Counted from the first letter of the stretch, positions 27,678 to 40,075 are shown. The stretch: 64,000 bases of DNA from Betaproteobacteria bacterium (GCA_016717855.1 JADKEV010000035.1:9097-73096); one strand, 5' to 3'. Made by a program: numbers and translations. The notes: generated by a model not told the origin, from the letters alone.

Positions 27678-28982
27678 TCACCGGTGCAGCGCCTTGTCTA
27701 TCACTGCAAAAAAGCGGTCCGCTGGTTGCGCGCCCTCGATCGCCTCACCATCAATGATGAACGCCGGCACGCCGTCGAACTTGAATCGCTCGCTCTCCTT
27801 GAGGTCGGCCGCGATCCGGCCTTGCGTGACCGGATTGCGCAGGTCCTGCTGCAGCCTGCCCATATCGACGCCTAGTCCGGCCGCCACTTTCTGCAGAAAA
27901 GGCTCCGCGCCCGCGAGCGCTCTCTGGTCTTCGAATATCCGGTCGTAGAACGCCCACGCCTTGTCGGGGCTTTGCAGCGAGATGGCCTCGAAGTACTGCG
28001 CGCAGGCCATCGCCATCGGGTGCAGCAGCGGCAGCGGCAGATGCTTGACGACCAGCCGCACCTGGCCTTCGTACCGGGCCATCACTTCATTCAGGGTCTT
28101 CGCGCCGTACCCGCAATACGGGCATTGGAAGTCCGTGTACTCGAATATGGTGATCGCGGCCCGCGGGTTGCCGCGGATGATGCGCGCCGGGTCGAGCGCA
28201 GGCGTAAGCCGGGCAGTCGCCGCGGCGGCCGTCGGCTTCGGCGCCGCAGGCTGCGCCGCGGCTGTCGCGGGCCGGGCGGTCGCGCCGGATTGCGCCGCAG
28301 ACTCCAGCGCGGCGATCAGCGCGGCATCGGCGCCGCGGCCGCGCGCGAGGGACACTGCGGTCGACTGGTCGCGGGCCACCCAGCGGGCATCGGCGCCCTT
28401 GTCCAGCAGCATTTTGACGATCGGCAGGTTGTTCCTGGAGGCGGCCCACATCAGCGCGGTCCAGCCCAGGTTGTCGGTGCGGTCCGGCGCAGCGCCGGCG
28501 GCCAGCAGCAGCTGCAGCGCCTCCGCGTTTCCGGTTTGCGCCGCCGAGATCAGCGGCGTGATGTCGTTCTTGTTGGCGGCGTTGACGTCCACCTTCTGTT
28601 CCAGGAGCAGGCGTATCGCGGCTGTATTCTTGAGTTGCGTGGCCACCAGCAGGGGGGTGCGGCCCCACGCGTCGGTTGCGCTCACGCTGGCCCCGCGGCC
28701 GACCAGCATTTCGACCAGCGCCGTCCTGCCCTGCTGCAGCGCGACGATCAGCGGGGTACGACCCCAATTATCGGGCCGGTTCAGCTCACTGTTGTCGCTC
28801 GCCGCAGCCCGCACGGCCTCCACGTCGCCGGCCCGGATCGCGCCGTGAATGTCCGTGGCCGCGGCGTTCGGGCCGGCGAGGAAGGCCAGAAGGGCGCCGG
28901 CAAGCGCCATGCGCAAGCCACGCCTTCCAGCGCAAGAGGGCAACCCGCAGGTCCGAAGCCGGCGTCCGCGCATTGCGTGCAC
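27678..28982 (-). CDS. Exported ankyrin-repeat / DsbA-like thioredoxin fusion protein
   Basis: Leader RRGLRMALAGALLAFLAGPNAAA is followed by about 6 ankyrin repeats (GRTPLIVALQQGRTALVEMLVGRGA...), an Ala/Pro linker and a thioredoxin fold with FQCPYCG. Start candidates are 28982 (GTG), 28973 and 28910. Confidence 0.85.
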   Translation of the reverse strand: MHAMRGRRLRTCGLPSCAGRRGLRMALAGALLAFLAGPNAAATDIHGAIRAGDVEAVRAAASDNSELNRPDNWGRTPLIVALQQGRTALVEMLVGRGASVSATDAWGRTPLLVATQLKNTAAIRLLLEQKVDVNAANKNDITPLISAAQTGNAEALQLLLAAGAAPDRTDNLGWTALMWAASRNNLPIVKMLLDKGADARWVARDQSTAVSLARGRGADAALIAALESAAQSGATARPATAAAQPAAPKPTAAAATARLTPALDPARIIRGNPRAAITIFEYTDFQCPYCGYGAKTLNEVMARYEGQVRLVVKHLPLPLLHPMAMACAQYFEAISLQSPDKAWAFYDRIFEDQRALAGAEPFLQKVAAGLGVDMGRLQQDLRNPVTQGRIAADLKESERFKFDGVPAFIIDGEAIEGAQPADRFFAVIDKALHR

Positions 28983-29429
28983 TTACTGAACCTTCAATTC
29001 CTTCTTCGCGCCGTTGGCCTTCTTCGGCAGCGTGAGTTCGAGCACGCCGTCCGCGTACTTCGCCGCGGCCGCCGCGGCATCGATATCGGTAGCCAGCGTG
29101 AAGCTGCGATACTGCTTGCCGAAATAGCGCTCGCTGCGGACGACTTTCTCGCCCTTTTTCTCTTCCGTTTCCCTTTTCACTTCCGCCTCGATCGAAACCT
29201 GATTGCCGTCAATCGCGACGTGGATGTCTTCCTTCTTCACGCCCGGGATTTCCGCCTTGACGCTGTAGGCGGTGTCGGCTTCCGCGACGTCCACCTTGAT
29301 CCGCGGCTCGACCTGTGCCTCGTCGAGCCAGGGGCGCAGGCGAAAGCCCGGGAAGTATTCGTCGGGGTTCATGAACGGGCGAAAGCTCGCAAGTTCCGCG
29401 AACGGATCGAAACGCGTGATGTTTGCCAT
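28983..29429 (-). CDS. Hsp20 / alpha-crystallin family small heat-shock protein
   Basis: VDVAEADTAYSVKAEIPGVKKEDIHVAIDGNQVSIEAE...SERYFGKQYRSFTL....KYADGVLELTLPK. Its stop codon abuts the next gene's start. Confidence 0.95.
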   Translation of the reverse strand: MANITRFDPFAELASFRPFMNPDEYFPGFRLRPWLDEAQVEPRIKVDVAEADTAYSVKAEIPGVKKEDIHVAIDGNQVSIEAEVKRETEEKKGEKVVRSERYFGKQYRSFTLATDIDAAAAAAKYADGVLELTLPKKANGAKKELKVQ

Positions 29430-29659
29430 GATCGATCTCCAGTGTGTTTCCCAGAATCTGCTGAGTCCAGCCGGCCACGGCCTCGCGGCCGGTATGTTCA
29501 TCATCGCCGAACGCTGGCGCGAACCGTTGATTTTCGACAAAGAATCGGCAAGTGGCGGCGGGAGCCGCGCGGAACCGGCGGGACGCAAGTCCCCGTTCAT
29601 CGAACTGCGCTGCGGTGTGCCGCCGGCGCGGCCGGTCGTTGCTCCGGCCGCGCTTCAGG

Positions 29660-30856
29660 CTATGCTGACCGGCGGCGGCGGTGTGCGAACAGGCCGACGA
29701 GCATGACCAGCAGCAACAATGCCCATGGCTGCAGCGTCGGGATGTCGATCGTTACCGGTGGCGCCAGAACGTAACGCTGGATGGCGCCGATGTCGACGCT
29801 GCCGGGCGCGCCCGACGGATCGGCATTGCGCGGGAATCCGGGCCCGCGCTGATCGTACGCGTAGCCTTGCAGGTTGATGCCCGCGCCGATGGCGGGGCTT
29901 GCCGGCCCGGGCCGGAGCGTCTGTGTCGGCCCGCCATTGTCAGCGAGCGCGCCGAGTTGCGGATCGACGCCGATCAGGTTGCCGCTCACGGTCGCGCCAT
30001 TGAGGACATTGTCGCCCGCCTGGAACACTTCGGTGAACAGCGAATTGGTCGCGTTGACGAAACTGCCATTGCCGCCACCGGTCCGGTTGAGGTCGTTGAT
30101 GCCGGTGATGTCGGTATTGTTGGCGACGATCGTGCTCTCGAACGTCAGCTGCGAATCCTGGCTGGTGATGCCGGCAACCGTGTTGGCGGTGTTGCCGGCG
30201 ATCGTCGAATTGCGGATGAAGCCGAAGCCGCTGAACAAGCCGATCGCCCCCGAGCTGTCGGTGGCGTGGTTGTTGTAGATCGTGCTGTTCTCGATCGTCA
30301 GGCCGAAGCCGATGAAGTAGATCGCGCCGCTCTTGTTCGCCGTGTTGCCGGCAATCGTGCTGTTCTGGATCGTGAGGGAATAGCCGGTCGATGGGTTGAA
30401 GTTGTTGCGTATCGCTCCGCCTTCGCCGGGCGACGTGCTGTTATCGATCAGCGACGAGACGATGGTCAGATTGCCGCCGTTGTTGATGATGGCGCCGCCG
30501 TCGCCGGACGGGTTCTGCCCGGTGAGATGGACGCCGGAGATGACCACGTCCTTCCCTGCGGTGTCCAGGTTGAAGACACGACCCGTCGCGTTGGAGATCG
30601 TCAGGAGGTTCGCGCCCGGACCCTGGATCGTCACCGACTGGGTCAGCGGGAGTTCGGACGACAAGGCGATGGTCGCCGGCAGCGGCAGCGAAAACGTGAT
30701 CGTCTCGCCGCTCACGGCCGCCGCCAGCGCGTCGCGCAGGCTGCCAACGCCTGAATTGGCGGTAGTGGAGACGACGCCCGCAAGCGCGTTTGCCGCGGCA
30801 AACAGGAAAACTGCAAGACCAATATATGCGCGAGTCAGCGCTGGCGAACGGTTCAT
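29660..30856 (-). CDS. Secreted right-handed beta-helix protein with an IPTL-CTERM sorting tail
   Basis: Signal peptide, then repeated NSTIAGNTAN / GGAI turns and LADNGGPTQTLRPGPASPAIGAG (resembles the choice-of-anchor Q motif). The C-terminus DIPTLQPWALLLLVMLVGLFAHRRRRSA has the form IPTL plus TM plus Arg cluster. Confidence 0.8.
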   Translation of the reverse strand: MNRSPALTRAYIGLAVFLFAAANALAGVVSTTANSGVGSLRDALAAAVSGETITFSLPLPATIALSSELPLTQSVTIQGPGANLLTISNATGRVFNLDTAGKDVVISGVHLTGQNPSGDGGAIINNGGNLTIVSSLIDNSTSPGEGGAIRNNFNPSTGYSLTIQNSTIAGNTANKSGAIYFIGFGLTIENSTIYNNHATDSSGAIGLFSGFGFIRNSTIAGNTANTVAGITSQDSQLTFESTIVANNTDITGINDLNRTGGGNGSFVNATNSLFTEVFQAGDNVLNGATVSGNLIGVDPQLGALADNGGPTQTLRPGPASPAIGAGINLQGYAYDQRGPGFPRNADPSGAPGSVDIGAIQRYVLAPPVTIDIPTLQPWALLLLVMLVGLFAHRRRRSA

Positions 30857-31137
30857 GGGTTCCTTGGAATGGGTAGGTTTGTGCGACATGAGTGCCCGGA
30901 GTTACGCGATGTCATGGTTGCTCCGCGTGGGCACAGGCGGATGCGGCTGCAAGCAAGAGGCCAGCGCATACCTCTACAGAAGTAGCATGTGCCGTCCGTT
31001 CCAATCCATGTTTGATCCAACGCAAACAAGCTCGACTTCGGACCCTCGGGAGCAAACCCGGCGCCGCAGGGTCCTTCTCCGTCGATTCGCCAGTCCGCAC
31101 GTTGCGCCCGGTCCCTGAAAGCGGCACCATTGCCGCG

Positions 31138-32634
31138 ATGCGCGTTCTTCTTGTCTATTCGAATCAAAGCCGTGAACTGGTTCCCGCGCCCCCGGTGGGG
31201 CTGAGCTACGTGGCGTCCGCCACGCGCGCGGCGGGCCATGAAGTCAGGCTCCTGGATCTGGCGTTCTCCCGTGAGCCGCAGCGGGAGCTGGCCACCGCCA
31301 TCGCCGGCCATGCACCCGATGTCGTGGGCCTCTCCATCCGCAACATCGACAACGTCGTCCTGCAGCGCTTCGAATCGCCGCGCGCCGCGTTGCTGGCGCA
31401 GGTCAGGATCATCCGCGAGTGCGCCGTCGGGAAAGACGGCAAGCCGGCGCCGCTGGTGCTGGGCGGCCCAGCGGTCTCCATCCTGGCCGAGCGCGCGCTC
31501 GAGATCTTCGGCGCCGATTACGCGATCACCGGCGAGGGCGAACAGGCGTTCCCGGCGCTGCTGTCGGCGCTCGAGAGCGGCCAGGCGCTGGAGGGCATCG
31601 CGGGGCTGTGCTGGCGCAGGAATGGCGTGCTCACGCGCAACCCGACGCAGCTCCTGCCCGGGTTCGCGCACTCCGGAATGGAAGACTGGGTGGCGTGGGG
31701 GCCCTATCAGGCCGGGGGCGGCACGTGGCCGCTGCAGACCAAGCGCGGCTGTTCCATGCGCTGCAGCTACTGCGCCTATCCGCTGATCGAGGGCCGCCGT
31801 GGCCGCCAGCGTGCGCCCGGCGACGTGGTCGACGAAATCGAGCGCGTGCTGCACGCGACGGGCGTGCAGGGCTGTACCCGGCCGCGCACTTTCGAGTTCG
31901 TGGATTCGACGTTCAATGTCCCGTCCGCGCACGCGATCGCGATCTGCGAAGAAATCATCCGGCGCGGCGTGCGCACGAACTTCACCGCCATGGGCCTGAA
32001 TCCGCGCGATGTGCCGCCGGAGCTCCTGCCGCTGATGAAGCGCGCCGGATTCAACTCGGTGATGGTCACCCCGGAAGCGGGTTGCGCGGCGATGCTCGAA
32101 AACTATCGCAAGGGATTCACGATGGCCGATGTCGAAACCACGCTGGAGCGGGTCAGGGCGTCCGGCCTGAAGAGCATGTGGTTCTTCATGCTGGGTGCGC
32201 CCGGCGAAACGATGGCGACCTGCGCGGAGAGCATCGGCTTCGCGCGGGATCGCCTGGCGGGGCGCAGGTTCCTGTCGGTGTTCTTCACCGGCATCCGCGT
32301 TCTTCCGGCCACGGAGCTGGCCAGGCAGGCCGTCGCGAGCGGCTACCTGACAGCGGACGCCGACCTGGCCGAAGCGCGGTTCTACGTCGCGCCCGGCATC
32401 GACGAGCAGCAGGTCATCGACCTCGTCGATGCGGCCATCGCCCGGAATCCGTGCATCGTCCATGCTGCGGAAGGCGGGTCGACGAATACGCAAGAGACTC
32501 TTTACCGCGCGCTGCACGCCTTGGGCGTCGCGCCGCCGTACTGGCGGTTCCTGCCGGAAATGTTGAGCTTCCCGCCGCTGCACTTTCTGCGGCGGCGCAA
32601 TCCGGCAGTCAAGGCCGGGCGCGTCGCCGCCTGA
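31138..32634 (+). CDS. B12-binding-domain radical SAM protein
   Basis: N-terminal MRVLLVYSN...PPVGLSYVASATRAAGHEVRLLDL is a cobalamin-binding-like Rossmann region, followed by the CxxxCxxC motif GCSMRCSYCAY. Confidence 0.85.
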   Translation: MRVLLVYSNQSRELVPAPPVGLSYVASATRAAGHEVRLLDLAFSREPQRELATAIAGHAPDVVGLSIRNIDNVVLQRFESPRAALLAQVRIIRECAVGKDGKPAPLVLGGPAVSILAERALEIFGADYAITGEGEQAFPALLSALESGQALEGIAGLCWRRNGVLTRNPTQLLPGFAHSGMEDWVAWGPYQAGGGTWPLQTKRGCSMRCSYCAYPLIEGRRGRQRAPGDVVDEIERVLHATGVQGCTRPRTFEFVDSTFNVPSAHAIAICEEIIRRGVRTNFTAMGLNPRDVPPELLPLMKRAGFNSVMVTPEAGCAAMLENYRKGFTMADVETTLERVRASGLKSMWFFMLGAPGETMATCAESIGFARDRLAGRRFLSVFFTGIRVLPATELARQAVASGYLTADADLAEARFYVAPGIDEQQVIDLVDAAIARNPCIVHAAEGGSTNTQETLYRALHALGVAPPYWRFLPEMLSFPPLHFLRRRNPAVKAGRVAA

Positions 32635-32666
32635 TACGACGCGCCGCCGGCCGGCCCGGAGGCGCG

Positions 32667-35096
32667 TCAGGCACGCCCCGCCGGCCGGCGCGGAAATGCA
32701 AGAGCGGCGGCGACGTAGAGCAGCAACGCCAGCACCACGACCGCATTGAAACCCAGGTGTATCGCCAGCACGGTGGCGAGTATCGCGGCCACCACCGAGG
32801 CGAAGCCGTTGACGCCCCACGCCCAGGGCAACAGCGCCTCGCTCTGCGCCGCGAGGCTGGCCAGCCCGAGCGGGAACGGCATGCCCATCGCGAATGCCAG
32901 CGGCGCGATCAGCGCCACCGACAGCGCGATCTTGACCAGGTCGGGCAACGCGATCAGCGCGCGGAACAGCGGCGGCAGGAACACGAGATACGCCAGCGCC
33001 AGCAGGACGATCGCGGCGAACGGCCACCACGGCGTGCGCGGGCTCGCCGGCAGGTGCCCGGAGACCCGGCTGCCCAGTCCGGCGAAGATCAGGAACGCGC
33101 ACAGGACGACGGCGACCGCGTAGAGCGGGTGGCTGAGGAACAGGATGAACTTCTGGATGAACGCGATCTCGATGAACATGAAGCCGCAGCCCAGGGCGAG
33201 GAAGTACAGCGCCGCCCGGCCGCGCAGGGCGGCGGGGACGGCCGCCGCCTCGCGCTCCCGCGCGCGGAAGGCGAGCGGCAGCAGGATCAGCGCCAGCGCC
33301 ACGGCGCTCGCCTGGACCAGCGTCGCGATCAGCACCGGATAGCCCCAGTCCAGCAGCGGCATCCCGCCTTGTCCGCGCAAGGCGAGCAGTTCGGGCAGCG
33401 TGCGCCACTTGAAGAAATGGAAGAAGTACGGCCGGTCGTCGCTGGCGGGCTCGATGTCGAACTTGTAGCGGGCGCCGAAGTCCCCGCGCTCCGCCCCGAG
33501 CAGCGCCTGGGCGCCGTCGAAAAACCAGGACTGGTCGACGACGTTGTAGCGGTTTGCCTCGCCCGCCTCGATGCCGGGGACATACTCGGTGTCGAACGAG
33601 CGCTCGCGGCAGAAGTTCCGGATCGCGGCGACGTCGCCCTCTCCGAACTCGCCGTTCTTCACCAGCAGCGTGACGGTCTTCCAGCCGCGGATCAGCGCGA
33701 GTTGCCGCCCCGGCCGCGCGACGCCGTCCGCTTCCAGCGCGCGCACCGCGGTGGCGAACAGCTTCAGCGTATCGCGCGGCGGCAGCGTCACCCAGCGCGT
33801 GATCGCGAGAATGCCGCCCGGCGCCAGGTGGCGCAGGTAATCCTGCAGCGCCTCGGTCGTGTAGATATAGCTTTCGGAGAGCGCGTACAGCCCCGCCGAA
33901 CTGGCGCTGAACGCATCGAGCAAGGCCACCTGGATCAGGTCATGGCGTTCGCCGCTGCCGGCGACGAAGCCGCGCGCTTCCGCGACGTGCGCGCGCACGC
34001 CGGGCGCGCTGTACGGCCGTCCGGAGAATTCGCCGTAGCGCTGCTGCACCAGCTCGATCACCTGCGGATCGAGCTCGACCGCGGTGATGCCGGGCGCGCC
34101 GTGATAGAGCGCCTGCAGCACATCGGCGCCGGTCCCCGCGCCCAGCACCAGCACGCGCGGCTTCTTCAGCAGATGATAGGGCAGCGCCGAGGTCAGCTGG
34201 TCGAGATACGCGAGCGGGCCGGTCGCGCCATCGAACCGGGTCAGCGCGCCCGGGCCGTCGCCGTCCGTGTAGACGCCCAGCTGTGCCGGCGGCTCGGTGG
34301 CCGCGCTGAGGCTCAAGCCCGGAGCGTGGCGCAGCGGCACCTGCGGGCTGTCGACGACGGTGAGCAGGCCGAGCGGACTGGAGCGCTCCAGCACGACGCG
34401 CGCGCCCTGGACGCTGAGCGCCTGCGACAAGTCCTTGTAGTCCGAAGGCCGTAGCTGCACCCACGCCGCCGGCAGCAACGGCGGCACGACCAGCGCGATG
34501 GCGAGCAGCGCGGCAGACTGCCGGCGCGACGTGGCGCCGGTCTGCCAGCCGGCCAGCGCGGCGGCCGCGAGGCCCAGGCCGCCGATCAGGCGCAACGCGT
34601 CCGACGGCAACAGCAGGAACAGAGCCGCGAGGATGCCGAGGCTGCCCAGCCCCGCGCCCAGCGCGTCGAAGCTGTAGATCCGGTGCACCTGGCCGCCGAA
34701 GCGGGCGAAGGTCAGGCACAGCGCGGTGGCGACAAAAAAGAACGGCGGCACCAGCAGCAGGTAGACGAGCAGCAGCAGCCACGGTTGCCGCGGATCCCAG
34801 AGGATTTCCAGCGGGCTGAACGGCACCCGCTGCGCCAGCGCGAAGCCCAGCACCGCGCTGATGCCGAACAGCGCGGCCGACGCCGTGAAGACGGCGCCGA
34901 AGCGCGGCAGCAGGACGCGCCGCGCGACGGTCACGAAAGTCCCGGCTGCGCCGTAGCCCAACAGCGCGACGCTGATCAGCATGTAGGCGAAGTGGTGCCA
35001 CTGGATGATCGAGAACAGCCGCGTCAGCAGGATCTCGTAGCCCAGCGCCGCGGCCGAGAGCAGCGCGATGGCGAGGTAAGGCGGGCTTGCGGGCAT
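32667..35096 (-). CDS. Polytopic membrane protein with a central spermidine-synthase-like SAM-dependent transferase domain (810 aa)
   Basis: About 7 N-terminal and about 6 C-terminal TM helices flank VLVLGAGTGADVLQAL...ITAVELDPQVIELV...DLIQVALLD. Confidence 0.8.
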   Translation of the reverse strand: MPASPPYLAIALLSAAALGYEILLTRLFSIIQWHHFAYMLISVALLGYGAAGTFVTVARRVLLPRFGAVFTASAALFGISAVLGFALAQRVPFSPLEILWDPRQPWLLLLVYLLLVPPFFFVATALCLTFARFGGQVHRIYSFDALGAGLGSLGILAALFLLLPSDALRLIGGLGLAAAALAGWQTGATSRRQSAALLAIALVVPPLLPAAWVQLRPSDYKDLSQALSVQGARVVLERSSPLGLLTVVDSPQVPLRHAPGLSLSAATEPPAQLGVYTDGDGPGALTRFDGATGPLAYLDQLTSALPYHLLKKPRVLVLGAGTGADVLQALYHGAPGITAVELDPQVIELVQQRYGEFSGRPYSAPGVRAHVAEARGFVAGSGERHDLIQVALLDAFSASSAGLYALSESYIYTTEALQDYLRHLAPGGILAITRWVTLPPRDTLKLFATAVRALEADGVARPGRQLALIRGWKTVTLLVKNGEFGEGDVAAIRNFCRERSFDTEYVPGIEAGEANRYNVVDQSWFFDGAQALLGAERGDFGARYKFDIEPASDDRPYFFHFFKWRTLPELLALRGQGGMPLLDWGYPVLIATLVQASAVALALILLPLAFRAREREAAAVPAALRGRAALYFLALGCGFMFIEIAFIQKFILFLSHPLYAVAVVLCAFLIFAGLGSRVSGHLPASPRTPWWPFAAIVLLALAYLVFLPPLFRALIALPDLVKIALSVALIAPLAFAMGMPFPLGLASLAAQSEALLPWAWGVNGFASVVAAILATVLAIHLGFNAVVVLALLLYVAAALAFPRRPAGRA

Positions 35097-35122
35097 CGGA
35101 TGCGCGCCGGGTCCGCCCCGCG

Positions 35123-35890
35123 TCAACGGCGGCCGGTGAGGGGCACGAAACGCACCGGCATCATCTGCCGGGTCTTCACGGTGCCGTCGCTGTTTTTCTC
35201 GATCAGTAGCAACTGCTGAGTCGTGAACGGCGCGCCGACCGGGATCACCATGCGCCCGCCCGGCTTGAGCTGTCGGAGCAGTGGCGGCGGCACGTGGCCG
35301 GCGGCGGCGGTGACCATGATCGCGTCGAACGGGCCGGCCTCGGGCCAGCCGAAATAACCGTCGCCGGCGCGGGTCCGCACGCCCGGATAGCCCAGCCGGC
35401 GCAGCCGCTCCGTGGCTTGCTGCGCCAGCGGTTCGACGACCTCGATCGTGTAGACCGACTGCGCGAGTTCGGCCAGCACCGCCGCCTGGTAGCCGGAACC
35501 GGTGCCGATCTCCAGCACGACAGCGCCGGGCTTGAGATTCATCAATTCGGTCATCGCCGCGACGATGAAGGGCTGCGAGATGGTCTGGCCATGGCCGATG
35601 GGCAGCGGCCGGTTTTCGTAGGCGTACAGCTGCTGGCTCTCCGGCACGAACTCGTGGCGCGGCACCTTGTTCATCACGGCCAGCACGCGCGCGGCGATCG
35701 GGACCGCGCTGTCGGCGCCGGCCATCGCGGTGATTTCCGCCACCATCTGCGTGCGCAGCCTGGCTTCGTCGCCTTCGGCTGCCGCGGCTCCGGAGCGCAG
35801 GCACAACGCCAGCAAGGCAAGCCACGGCCACCAGCCGCGCCTTGTTGCCGGCTCGTGGGTTAGGTTACGCGAATATAGTGCCCTATGCAT
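35123..35890 (-). CDS. pcm: Protein-L-isoaspartate O-methyltransferase with a predicted signal peptide
   Basis: VPRHEFVPE....AYENRPLPIGHGQTISQPFIVAAMTE and VLEIGTGSGYQAAVLA motifs are present. The N-terminus WWPWLALLALCLRSGAAAAEG looks like a cleavable leader. Confidence 0.85.
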   Translation of the reverse strand: MHRALYSRNLTHEPATRRGWWPWLALLALCLRSGAAAAEGDEARLRTQMVAEITAMAGADSAVPIAARVLAVMNKVPRHEFVPESQQLYAYENRPLPIGHGQTISQPFIVAAMTELMNLKPGAVVLEIGTGSGYQAAVLAELAQSVYTIEVVEPLAQQATERLRRLGYPGVRTRAGDGYFGWPEAGPFDAIMVTAAAGHVPPPLLRQLKPGGRMVIPVGAPFTTQQLLLIEKNSDGTVKTRQMMPVRFVPLTGRR

Positions 35891-35975
35891 CGGTGTTGTC
35901 CGTTGTCCGGGAGTGTGCGCTTGCCGCATTCATTGTAGTGCGATTGGAGTACCCTGTCCGCAGGTGAAGACATCG

Positions 35976-36938
35976 ATGAAGAGCCGCTTCGACTATCGCC
36001 AGACGGTCGCGCTCCAACCAAGCTGGCAGACGCGCGCGCTGAACGCGCTGTTGCGGCTCACGATGCGCCGGCGGATCAGGTCCGACTCCGACGTGCTGGC
36101 GCTGCGGCAAAGCTACGAGCAGATCGACGCGCGTTATTTCAGGGTCGCGGCAGACGTCACGCGCACCCTTGTCGATTGCGGCGGCGTGCCCGCAGAGTGG
36201 ATCGCGGTCCCGGAGAGCCGCGAGGGTCGCGTCATCCTGTACCTGCACGGCGGCTCGTTCGCCTTCCGCTTTCCCAACGCGCACGCCGCGCTGGCCGCGC
36301 GCCTGTGCCGCCGGCTCGGGGCGCGCGCGCTGATCCCCGACTACCGGCTGGCGCCCGAGCATCCGTTTCCCGCAGCGCCGGACGACTGCCACCGAGCGTA
36401 CCGGGGATTGCTTGCACAAGGCGTCGCTCCCGGCAGCCTGGTGCTCGTCGGCGATTCCGCTGGCGGCAACCTTGCGCTGGTTACGATACAGCGCGTGCAG
36501 GCCGCGGGCGAGCCGCTGCCCGGTTGCGCGGTGCTGCTCTCGCCCGCGCTCGACTGCACGATGACCAGCCCGAGCATGGCCGACTACGACGGGCGGGATC
36601 CGATGCTGCAGTTGAGCACGCTGCTGGTGCTCCGTCGCTGCTATGTGGCGTCCCCGCACCAATACACCGATCCGGAGGTCTCACCGCTATTCGCCGATTT
36701 CCGGGGTTTCCCGCCGCTTCTCCTGCAGGCGGGCAGCAGCGAGATGCTGCGCGACGAAGCGATCCGCGCCGCCAACAGGGCGCAGGACGCGGACGTGGAC
36801 GTCGAACTCGAACTGTGGCCCGACATGCCGCACGGCTTCCAGATCGCCGAGTTCCTGCCGGAGGCGGCGGCGGCCATCGACCACATCGCGCGCTTCGTCC
36901 GGGTGCGCACCGGATGGGAGGATGCGCCGGGCGGGTGA
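35976..36938 (+). CDS. Alpha/beta hydrolase, hormone-sensitive-lipase-like esterase
   Basis: HGGSF oxyanion motif and GDSAGGNLA nucleophile elbow are present. Confidence 0.85.
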   Translation: MKSRFDYRQTVALQPSWQTRALNALLRLTMRRRIRSDSDVLALRQSYEQIDARYFRVAADVTRTLVDCGGVPAEWIAVPESREGRVILYLHGGSFAFRFPNAHAALAARLCRRLGARALIPDYRLAPEHPFPAAPDDCHRAYRGLLAQGVAPGSLVLVGDSAGGNLALVTIQRVQAAGEPLPGCAVLLSPALDCTMTSPSMADYDGRDPMLQLSTLLVLRRCYVASPHQYTDPEVSPLFADFRGFPPLLLQAGSSEMLRDEAIRAANRAQDADVDVELELWPDMPHGFQIAEFLPEAAAAIDHIARFVRVRTGWEDAPGG

Positions 36939-36970
36939 GGCTTTGCCCGCGGCGTCGACTGCGACCGGCG

Positions 36971-39697
<2,727 letters not shown>

Positions 39698-40075
39698 GAG
39701 CGGAAATTGAAGATTGACAAGTGGACATCCAATGCAAAATCACAGGCCCGCCACGACAGATCGCGCGTGCAGGGCAAGAACCTTGATTTCGGCAATATGT
39801 GCCATGGCACGCCTGGGCCGAGAGTTGAGCATGCCTGAATTGATCCGTGCGCGCCTTGACTTGCAGCAATATTGCGTCCATCGACAATAAGTCCGCATTT
39901 CCGGCGCACTTATCTGCGACTTCATTGATCTAGATTAACAATCGGCTGATCCTCAACCTGTAATAGTGGTCTTGGCGGACTGTGACTGCCGAGAGATGTG
40001 TGTGTGTCGGATTGCGGCTTCGGTTTTTCGAACCCGGGGGGGCCGTCAGCACCTAACCCAGGGGATAGCAAATTC

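Noticed and set aside
29430-29659. Search for a sigma-32 heat-shock promoter (CTTGAA...CCCCAT) upstream of hsp20.
   Set aside because: Only a weak CTTGCC-like element is present, with no convincing -10 box. No promoter was called.
30890-31137. Possible cobalamin riboswitch upstream of the B12-radical SAM gene.
   Set aside because: I could not find a B12-box-like core or the expected multi-stem layout, only a single nested hairpin. It is reported as an uncharacterised leader instead.
39997-40007. (TG)5 microsatellite just upstream of the adhesin gene.
   Set aside because: It is too short to be a credible slippage switch and lies outside the likely start (ATG at 40076). The ORF-track start at 39998 is probably not used.
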